A DNA stretch of 63,773 nucleotides, counting the filler, from Lenisia limosa (taxonomy: Eukaryota; Protista; Breviatea): the NCBI GenBank assembly GCA_001655205.1. It is 6 parts of 6 records of this genome, joined end to end, with 100 filler letters (N's around TTAATTAATTAA, not from the genome) between each part and the next. Parts side by side here need not be neighbours in the genome. Positions count along the whole stretch, not along the records: positions 22,441 to 36,378 come from LPNZ01005389.1; positions 36,479 to 46,961 come from LPNZ01005337.1; 4 more parts are not named here. One strand, written 5' to 3'. Below, one piece after another: positions 33,770 to 43,900 of the stretch. Made by a program: the position numbers and the translations under genes. Each line of letters begins with the position of its first letter. The first letter of the stretch is position 1. The notes below the pieces were generated by a model. It saw nothing but the letters and a program-made list of their open reading frames with translations. It searched no databases and had not been told where the DNA came from.

Positions 33770-36330
33770 TTAGTAACGATATGAAAACTATATGTAGATA
33801 GTAGCATGTTTCATCTTCCCCCAGCATTACTCAAGAAAAAATGGACTAAATAGACTTACCACACAAACTGACAAAAATTATACACCCGCGTTCAAGATTC
33901 TTCCTACGCTATAAGAGAAACCAGCACCAAAACATCATACCTGCTCAATATCACTGTCATCTTTGAGGTAGTGTTTCCCCTCCTTGATTTCCTACACCAT
34001 CAGCATGGCCTATTTAAAAAGAATACCAACCTTCAGTACGACGGACAATTCCCCGAGACATTTTTCTTCTTGTTGTTTCAAGCACTAGGAAGAATATGAG
34101 AACATGGAGGGTAAAACCGTTAACGAACATCATCTTCTTTGGTGAGCGCAAACTCGCGAATAGACACCAAAAAGTCGCGAATATGGTTTCTAAACAGTAA
34201 AATGAGAGTGTGAAGGACCTTGGCATTGGAATGTAGCCTACCTGAACTTTGGTAGGTCATTAGACAGGAGCAAAAGGCCACGACTGAACTGCTCAATCTG
34301 AGGGGTGAGAAAACTGCCCCAAGTTCTCCTGGCTCAAAATGAGCCTACCTCAGCTGTTGGTATGTGACTGAACGTCTTGGAGAGGAACGTAGTGATTGTA
34401 ATGGGGATATACTCTCGATTTGAGGAGAAGTTTGTGTTATTGGGATAAAGGGGGGAGACGAATTGGTCCAACACAATCATTCTGAAGAGGGCGGAGAGAA
34501 GATGCACTTGGAGCTGGAATCCTGGGAGGTGAAATAGAGAGCAAGGATTCCTGAGAATTGAGAAGAATTGAACACCAAAAAAAGAGTATCCTTCATCCAT
34601 GATTTCGGTAAAAAGACTGAATTTTTCCATAAATCCTCGAAAACTAGCGATATTTTACCAGTATTTTTGGAACCAAAGTGGAGCCCTAATCATATGCCTG
34701 GCCAACCGGATTGATGGAGATGGTCTGTGAGGACAAAGAGAACTGTGTCGACATACGGCATGAAGAACTTCATGAAGAACGACTGTGGTGGAGGGAGTGA
34801 GAAAAAAGGCTGAGAAGAAACAATCCAAAGAACAGTCACGTACTTCCGATGAAGGCAGCTGGGAGACTTGGTGGATCAACATTGACGCTGTTTCAAGGGA
34901 CAAGTCTAGGTAATCATGGTGGCATTCAGGGCAATTAATCATTTAAACCGTACACATTTAGGGTAATTCATTAAAACCGTGCACTATTTTTGCCATTTGA
35001 TGATATTTTCACATCACCCCCGACCTGCAATTGTCCGGTCAATGTGTCGGATGCCCCAAATAAACGAGTCGTTGACAAGCTTGAAGGTCTCAGGAGTGAG
35101 CGCCAAAAGAGCTAAAAATATCAGGGGGTACCTTATGACTGGGATGACTTCTAATAATATTAACCAAAAATATGAAGGTTGCATATGGTATGCTTTTTTA
35201 ATTAAAAAAGGCGATTACTATAAGGAGGTCAGAACACACCGTCAAAACAGTTAGCGGTTATGGAGTGCAGCATGGTGAAGAAGGCCATGCGGATGTCTGG
35301 AAAGTCCTACGGAGTAAGGGATTGAAACTTAAGTAGCTCCTTTAGCAGCAATCAGAATAACGAAATATTCCCTNNNNNNNNNNNNNNNNNNNNNNNNNNN
35401 NNNNNNNNNNNNNNNNNNNNNNNNNNNNNNNNNNNNNNNNNNNNNNNNNNNNNNNNNNNNNNNNNNNNNNNNNNNNNNNNNNNNNNNNNNNNNNNNNNNN
35501 NNNNNNNNNNNNNNNNNNNNNNNNNNNNNNNNNNNNNNNNNNNNNNNNNNNNNNNNNNNNNNNNNNNNNNNNNNNNNNNNNNNNNNNNNNNNNNNNNNNN
35601 NNNNNNAACAACAAAACAAACAGGGCCCAGGCCAGTCGCTTCTACAGCACCGCAAATTGGAAAAATTTATGAAACAAATAGAACAGCAAAACAAACAAAG
35701 CCCAAGCCAGCCACTTCTGCAGCACCGCATCCCATCACTCGGAGAGGGGGAGGGTGAAGAAGGGAATGCTGCGACTGTTGATGGGAATCTCAAAGAATCA
35801 TTTCATGGAGGTTGTAAGAGAGATGTTGGTTCCCACTTTGAGTTTAGAAACGATGGCGGCGACAAGGGCCAAAATCTCAGCATCTCGAGATAGAGCGTGA
35901 TTTGATATGAAGATGGGGATGATCTTCTCTTGAATGGAAGGTAAAAATGACTCTTCTAGGATCTATATTGGTCAGTGGGAATAGAACAAAAGGACAACAC
36001 TCACTGTAGGGTTGTCAGAAACGAGGAAAAACTCAGTCAGCAGCAAGATGAAGTCTCTTTTAGCGGTTGTTGTGATTCTCGTGTTTTCTTCATCAACACA
36101 ATCAGCTGAAATGGTGAATTCTGCTTCCGGGGGATGGCAAGAAAAGAACAGTAAATGAGTAATTGAACATATACGACATGCCAAAATCCGAATCACTTAC
36201 GGTTAGCAGTGACAAGCCTTGACACATGTTGGGACATTAGACTATAGGAGGCAACAGCATCGAGAAAGAGCTTGCCCATTTGGTGGATGTAAGGTGACCG
36301 GAGTGATATGCATGTTCGACGATTGGCCTG
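33770..36330 (-). CDS. XPO1: Exportin-1 (CRM1)-like, C-terminal half only (5' part cut at linker 36379)
   Basis: Exons NRRTCISLRSPYIHQMGKLFLDAVASYSLMSQHVS; TAKRDFILLLTEFF; SRDAEILALVAAIVSKL; DFPDIRMAFFTMLHSITANCFD/ALLALTPETFKLVNDSFIWGIRHIDRTIA; VLFVLTDHLHQSG/FQLQVHLL; NHIRDFLVSIREF. These follow the CRM1 C-terminal HEAT repeats in order. Confidence 0.9.
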
Positions 36331-36478
36331 AACAATCAAATATATAGCAATGAGAAATAAAAAATAAGGTTGTATCTGNNNNNNNNNNNNNNNNNNNNNN
36401 NNNNNNNNNNNNNNNNNNNNNNTTAATTAATTAANNNNNNNNNNNNNNNNNNNNNNNNNNNNNNNNNNNNNNNNNNNN

Positions 36479-36624
36479 GGTTTTTGTCTTGTTTGAGTGT
36501 TGGTTGCTCGTGTTTGTTATTGCTTGTTTTTTGTTCGGAGTTTTATATTATCCAGTTCGTGATTAGTACCTTTACGCCCATATTCTTCATGGAAATTTCC
36601 TTCATTTTACCCCCCTCCCCCTAG
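36479..36624 (+). mobile_element. Repeat family B (C-tailed, intronic), representative copy
   Basis: GTTGGTTGCTCGTGTTTGTTATTGCTTGTTTTTTGTT.GGAGT.T.A.ATTATTCGGTT.GTGATTAGTACCTTTACGCC.ATATTCTTCAT.GAAATTTCC..TTTTACCCCC. Also at 25270-25410 (minus) and ~59640-59751. Confidence 0.85.
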
Positions 36625-38059
36625 GTTGTTGAACTCTTCGAACCTAGTGGCGAGATTCTGAACATCTTCATTCTCAGGTCACCCAAGGGTGAGGGTGGGG
36701 TAGTGTGTGTTAAAGGGTTCCCTCTATTTATATTATTCTTTTCATTACCAGATACCATATATCATCTTCCATCATATGTTAGTAATTTATATGATAGATA
36801 CTTCAACAATAGGAATTCATGTTTCACGCTACAGTGGCGCAATCGGATCACACGCGAACACATGCTTGCGGCTTCATCGTCTTTGTCCGCCCGGTGCGGG
36901 GGGGGGATATTGTAAGGTCCTTGATAGATAGATTGATTGGGGGGCAACTCTGAGCTTGTCGCTTACCTCATTGCAGGAAGACTCCGAGAAAGCCATTGCC
37001 AACCTGAATGAGAAGGTCGTCATGCATGGAGCAAGCCTGCCACTCCAGGTACGGGGATACTGTGGTGTTGTTGTTAGTTTTTTTGTAGTTGATTGTGTTT
37101 TTGACGGTGTTGTTTCACTTTTGTTCTTCTTTGTGGAGTAAGTTTTTGTTACCAACATTCTATCGGAGTGATGGGATGCGGTGCTGCAGAAGAGACTGGT
37201 CTGGGCTTCTTTTTTTATTATTTTTTTTTTGTTTTCAACTCTCGTGTGTTAGCGGGCAAATTTGATTTTGGGCTTTCTTTTTGTTTCGTATTACTTTTGC
37301 CGCTCCCCCCTCACACCAAAGGTACGCCACGCCAACACACCACGTCGTTTCCAGAACCCGTTAGACGCCCGCAAGGTGGGGGTAGTATTTGAGTGGACAT
37401 CGTACTATCACATTATGTGTGATACTATACGATACAATACGATACGTATTCATAATATAAAAAAAGAAAACAATTTTTCTGGTAAGCTGACTATCCGAGT
37501 TCCAAACTCCTGAGTTCTGACCTCCCCTCCCCCCAGGGAGACATGTCGGAGCAGCAGTTGGTCAGTGTATGCGTCATGAACATTCCACCCACATGGCAGC
37601 CCCCCCATTTACGCAAGTGCTTTGCGCGCCACGTCGCCGTTGTCAGCGCCTCAATTGCGCGCGGATCCGACGGCAAGGGTCTTGGCTACGGTTTTATCCA
37701 TCTTGGTGGGGGGGGGGTGGGGAAGCTACAGTTTTTTACATCTTGCTCCAATTTATGCAACTATTACCTACGCCTTCCCCTTCCTCCCATATCCTCCCTG
37801 AGTAATGGGATGCGGTACTGATAAGTGACCGGCCTGGGCTTTGTTTGTTTTGCTGTTATCAACACTCGTGTGTTGTCAGCCAACAGAGTTGTTTTGGGCT
37901 TTTCTTGTTTCATAAATTATACAATTTTACATTGATTCAAAAACAGTGTCTTACCCCCACTCCCTAGCCTCGATGTCGGAAGCAAAGCAAGCTATTGCAA
38001 CCGGAAACGGGATGCGCATCGGAAGCCACACCCTGCAGTGCACCCATGGCAGTCCTTAA
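36625..38059 (+). CDS. RRM RNA-binding protein, CELF/Bruno-like (5' end lost at linker)
   Basis: VVELFEPSGEILNIFILR; HACGFIVF; EDSEKAIANLNEKVVMHGASLPLQ/VRHA; VCVMNIPPTWQPPHLRKCFARH...DGKGLGYGFIHL/ASMSEAKQAIATGNGMRIGSHTLQC; stop at 38057-38059. Confidence 0.8.
37168..37321 (+). mobile_element. Repeat family A (C-tailed, intron 3'-end associated), representative full copy
   Basis: Consensus GAGTGATGGGATGCGGTGCTGCAGAAGCGACTGG.CTGGGCTTTGTTTGTTTTG..CTCGTGTGTTGTCAGCCAACAGAGTTGATTTTGGGCTTTT..GTTTCATAAATTTTCCAATTTTACCCCC. Other full or partial copies at ~22441, 24771, 25632, 35607-35738 (tandem), 37802, 45324, 47062, 50838, 51533, 58170, 60658, 61304, 62093. Confidence 0.9.
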
Positions 38060-38226
38060 GGTGCGGTCCTGAGGATAAGATTGTTTGGAAATGGTAGTAT
38101 TACCCACGTGTGAAAATGACCCAAAAGTGGTATAAGTGATTTGCAATTTTCAACGCTTTTTCCTACCCTATTCCTACATCATAAAAGCTTGCAGATCAAA
38201 AACTATACAATATGTCTATCCATATA

Positions 38227-38302
38227 CAGTGACCGGGATAAGTCTTGATCGATTTTCCCTGGGAATTCATAGCAAATCGGTCAAGACTTATCCCGGTCAC
38301 TG
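38227..38302. mobile_element. 76-bp Tc1/mariner-type MITE (second degenerate copy ~42717-42792)
   Basis: TA|CAGTGACCGGGATAAGTCTTGA...TCAAGACTTATCCCGGTCACTG|TA: perfect 22-bp TIR, CAGTG termini, TA flanks. Confidence 0.85.
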
Positions 38303-38879
38303 TATATGCTACATGAATAATGGCGTAAGCTGTATTAGCTACATGAATGATGGTGACGTAAGCTGAGAAGTTCACCGTTTTAGGGATCTGTCAAACGGTG
38401 CGGTTCTTTCTTCTATTTTTTTGGGAACTTTCTTACAGCGCTTGGCTGTTTTAGGTCTCTGTTTGTTGATTGTCATGTTTATTAATGTATCCTTTTTCTC
38501 GACCATATTGTTGACATGTATGACTCTTGGGTATTTTTTATTGTAGGGCTTCGTACAATATATTGTGAATTAATCTTAATGACAGCACCATTTCAGGCGT
38601 TGAAAAAAAAAAAAAACGTCGCTACGAATAGTCAGATCTATATCGATATCTAGTTTTGTTATCAAAGACGATTACTGACCATTTAGCTGGGAGACGTGTT
38701 ATAAACGAGAACTTTTGCTCGCATATTGATGTCGGGAGATAAGATTATATTTGGCAACTATTTCGATATAAACAAACCACAATAAATAACATCCTCATAT
38801 CACAAAACAAAAAAAAACAATACAAACAGGAACCTAATCTAGCACTCCGTAGAAACAAATGTTGCGATTATCTGAGAAG

Positions 38880-40600
38880 GAATCGAAATCCGAATACGTC
38901 GCTGGAGTCAAGTGGCCGGAGCGCGGGAGGTAAATAATCTCGATTCTCGAGGAATTCTCAATAATAACCTCAGAGAAATGCGAAACCACCAGCGTTAGAC
39001 AGGAGCAGCCCTCTATTCGGATCTAATTCGTGAGCAGAATTCTCTTTATACTGTTGAATAAATATTATTTTTGTAGCAAAGTCACTATTGAAACTAGGAT
39101 CATAGATATCCGGCTGTTGACTGAACACAAAGAAAAACAATAAAGCAATTGCGTGTTTAGTATCCAACATGCTCTAGTGTTAAGTTGTCTCAGAGAATGA
39201 CCGAGTTATATCCCTGTATAACAGTAGTTGGATTATCCTTCATGTATTTGAGTATGATATATCTTTGCAGCATAATTTGTGGTATCAATCAAAGAAGAGG
39301 AACACCCCATCCATCTTCACAACAGTCTCGTGAGAATTATCAAAATATATCGCATATCTTATAGCAATGAGAAATGAAAAAAAATAAGATAGTATCTGGC
39401 CGAACATAATATCGTTGAAAGTTGTTTAAAGTTAGAAAAACAAAACACGCCGCTATTATCCTATTTTTAAACTGCATTCCCCCCACCCACCTGGTGACTT
39501 TTGATCAAGAAGAAAGAGTTGTGGCAGTTCTCAAGCGTGCTGCAGTTGTCGGAAAAGACAAAAGACGAGTGAATGCGGTCGGCTCGGAGGTGTCTGGGGG
39601 AATGAGTACTACTTTGGGTTTCACTTCGGTCAAAAAAAGAATAATTAAAGGAATTGTTAGACGGTGTTTGGTGTTGTTTGGTGGGAAATCTAGACCTCGC
39701 AGAGGCGAGTACTGAGGATTTTTACCTTGGGCAAAATCTTGAGGTGGTGCGTCAACTTTTGGTTGTTTTTGCCGCTTAATCCCCTCTTGTTTGCCTTTGG
39801 GTTCAACAAATTATCTCGATAAATCCTCGAAAACTATCGATATTATACCGGCCTTTTTGGAACCGAAATGAAGTCCTTGCATTACTGCTGGGTTTTCTGA
39901 TTTGAGACAACAGGAAAGGGCTGAAGCCACCAACCGCATCACGAATGAAGGGTTCAGATGTTCATACTTAGCTTCCATTAACATACGCTATAAAGCAAAA
40001 TGGGTTTGTTGTTATATACAGGTCCTAACCTTGAATAGTGACATAGCGACTTGAAGAGGCTTGTAAGCGTCTCTGTTGTGACTTGTGCCTTGGACACGTA
40101 GTTGCATAGCTGGGTGTTGTTTGTCGTTTCAGCAGTGACAGACGCCGTCAGCTCCGGAATACAGCTGAAGAACATCTGATAGTCAGGAATACCCTCTTTA
40201 AGTTTCAAAAAAGACCTGTAAATATAATAAAATAATTATCCAGCAATAGGTAAGGCCTTACAAACCGATAAAACTTCATAAGACTTAATTCTCAAGCAAA
40301 TAATACTGACATTTAACTCGTCTTTTGCACTGCCCACCCACCAATTGGATAGACAACATAAGATATAGGCAACAACCACATCGTTCTTCACGAATGCTTT
40401 GAAATTCATAATTCACATCGCATATTCCCAGAAATATAAATTGTCTTTATTGTACATTTCTTTTGATTTGAAGATTCAAGGATATGAGTCGAACAATTCA
40501 CCCCTCTCACTTTCTTCCGCTTTTCCGTCACTTGATTTTGGCTCTAATAATCTAATAAAGAAACCGCAAAGGGAAGAGCTGCTTTGTCCCCAATCAAGGG
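38880..40600 (-). CDS. Hypothetical multi-exon protein, possibly TBCC (tubulin cofactor C)-like beta-helix
   Basis: Exon HSPRHLRADRIHSSFVFSDNCSTLENCHNSFFLIKSHQ weakly resembles the TBCC segment NPNTLRLTKAHSC...LEDCSDCVLAVACQQ. Upstream helical exon LKLKEGIPDYQMFFSCIPEL. The model is incomplete. Confidence 0.3.
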
Positions 40601-40907
40601 AGGATACAGTCAACAGGAGGCCATGGATCTTGTGTTTTCCTTCTTCGACTATTCTTTTCTTTTTCTTCAAGAGGGGTTAAGAGGGGCGGTGTTGCGCGCA
40701 GAGCAGCAAAAAAGCAGGAGCAGTATTTACATTTATTACATTTATTACATTTCTTTAACTTTCAAATTTTCGCGCTTTTCGATATTACTCATATATACTA
40801 CGCTAATCAAAGCACTGTTTATTTAAACAAAGACTGAGGTAGTTTCAACCAGGATAAAAGCTCAAGACAGGTTAATTTTGCGAGTTTTCACTCGCCTATC
40901 CCTCTAA

Positions 40908-43900
40908 ATGGGACGACGACAGGTGTCATCGGCAAGTCGTTCTGAGTGGGACGAGTTGGAGGACGAGAATGCCAGCGAGCCTGTAAAGACTATTCCTTCC
41001 GCTAGATCGGATGCGTTTTCCACTCCGCGGAAGCCTTTGCCGCTCACCAAAGCGGAGAGGAAACAAGCCCAAAGGGAAGAAAAGGAAGAAGCGAAGCGAA
41101 TCAAGCGAAACCGCAAGACTGGAATGTACAGAGAGCCAGTGGGCGAAGTGGCTAATTCGGTTTCTAACACTCTTCTTGTGCTGTTTATCTTTATAATTGT
41201 CTTTCGTGCATTAACGATCCCTCATGCTTGCAGCCCTGGCTTGATCTCGTATCCGAACGCGTTGTATCTCGAAGGCTCTCGACTTTAATCTTTCTCTTCA
41301 TTTTTGTCCTTTTGACTCTCAGTAAGCAATTGATGGGGAATAATACTGCTCATTCTTGTGGTTATTTAAAAGTGGATAGGGACAATATTTTCTGGATTGA
41401 GTTCATTTTGGACTGGATTAACCTTCTGCTACCAAATAATGACTGAATGTCTCGATAAATTTCCATGATTTCTCGGCCGTTTTGGTACTTTGGGATACCT
41501 ATGGTCTTTTGAGTGGAACTATTAAAGTTATCTTTATTCTCTTTGTCTTAAGGCTGTAATGTTTGTCTTAAAAATCTTGTCTTGTTGACTTTTGGAAACA
41601 AGATTGATAGAGTATTTGAAAGTAAATCGATTATGACAGAAAGACATCATGTGGCATTCTTTGTTAAATGATGCTTTTCTAATAATTTATATTGGGAAAA
41701 GTAGACTTTGTATCGAAGTCAATTGCGTGAGAATTTCCTTGCTGCATATATTTGTTTATTTGCATGCTGATTTTTCAGGTGTTATATCCCCCCTGCTGCG
41801 AGACCCGAGTCTTCAGCGTGCCTCGGATGCCATTTCCACTGTGAGAGGGTGAAGAATATCAAATTGGCATTCTGTCGGGGTGGTTATGTTGGTTGAAATG
41901 TGGATGTTATATGATGTGTATTAGGTATGTGTGATTTCTCATTACTAGCCCGTCATTTCATTATGTCCTCTTACCCCTAAGGTTGACGTTATCACGGCGC
42001 CACCCTCTCGACTCTCTATCGGGTCGGCTCTTCTGGACCGACACGGATCGCCAATCAAGGTATGCTGTAACTGGTTTGGTTAAGGCATGCTGAGAATTTG
42101 GCGTGGGTTTGAGGAGGTGCGAAGCTGATTATTGGGTCAGAATCTCCATTTGGTCCGTTCTATCCGTGTATTTCAGTTTCCAAATTCAGCAATGCTACTA
42201 TCTAATTACGTAATAACTTGTCCAAATGGAGAAGCACAGACCTTCCCCCCTCCCGCTTTTATTTCACCCTACAGCTTTGGCTTCGTAACCGCGACGGCTA
42301 TGGTATATCCGATGTTAATGTTAAGGTGGGGCTGAATTGTAATTTTATTGGTAACTCTATGTCACGCTAACATCTTGTGTTACTAGATTATTTAAACTCT
42401 CTTGCTCTCTTTTAATAATATAGCTTTCCTCTTCTGATAGTGTAGCTTTTCTCTTCTGATCATAGTTTCTCTCTTCTGATCATAGCTTCTCACTTCTCAC
42501 AATACAGCTGTCGATGGAGGTGGTGTCCTTCGAAGCCGACTCCGATGCGGACGAATGTGCCTATTTCTCGCCCTCGAACCCGAGTGTGAACATGGTGCCT
42601 GTATGGGGGGCATTGTGCGGACTGAAGAAGTCTTTCAACTTAGTTAATTACGGCTTTGGCCAGATACTACCTTGTTTTCATTTCACAATTCAACACAATA
42701 AATAATATGGTAATATACATGTAGGTACCAGGATAAATCTTGACCTATTTTCCTTGACATAGCAAATCAGTCATGACTTATCTCGGTCACTGTACATGTA
42801 TGTGTGTGTATTTTTATGTTTTAGACCCATGGTAACCTCATTGCTGGGCCAACATGCCAAGTTGCTTTAACGGGAACTCTCACAAAGACAACCAACGATG
42901 AGGGAGGTTGGCCACTTTCATGACTCTTGTAAAAGCAATGATGTAGACGTTGTCGGCTTATTTCTCATTTCTACACACATACATTGTTTGTGTATCTTAC
43001 TAACCACTTTGCAGTAGTTACATTTGAAGACATTTTCATATCCACTGCGAGGCCTGGGTCCTACTATATCAACGTTGAGATCCTCACCAACCCTATTACA
43101 AAAGGTCGGGGAGGAAGAGCATTTGGTGTTTTGTTGTTTTTTGATGAAACTGTTTTTAAAATTGTTACTATTTTAGAACCACTTGAACACACCTACTCCT
43201 CCACACCTTCAGCCTCAGTTGCTCTCGACATTTCCAATATCACGCAGGTTTGTTGGAGCAGGGCTTTACTTCGGTGCAAAAAAAGACTTCTCGATACATC
43301 CTCGAAAACTATCGATATTTTACCGGTTGAAGCCCTAGTTGGGAGTAAAATTTCCGACAGCACGAGGAGGGGGTAAATATATTGGACTATTACATTTATT
43401 CTCTGGATTACAGCCAATCACACAGTTTCTATATCTTATCATCAAGTCCAGTTGGCAATGATTTTGTAGTCTGTTTTGGCTTCGTCCTTCGGTAACATGA
43501 CAATTCTGTCTTTCGAGGTTTGCAAGAGGTCTCATGGTACAGTAGTCGATATTGTCTGTTCAACGTTCTGAAAATCGGTCATCACTTAACATCTTCGCAG
43601 TGCTACTGAGCCCCAAGTTCTTGAAATAATTAATCGTATCAGGAAGCAAACTCGACAGGTATCGCCATTCCAGCCTACATTCTTGCGGAACGAGCGAAGG
43701 AATCTGGAAGGAGACGCGAAGAAGAGGATACTGATGGTGGGGCTAATGTTAGTAATGTAACATGGTGTGACGGCTTCGGCCATAACCTAGTTTTATTTCT
43801 CATTTCACGCTCAATATAATATTATACTATATCTGATATGCAACTTAGGGAGAGCCGTTCATATTAATATTGCAATGCTGCAGTGCAGTAGTGGTGCTCC

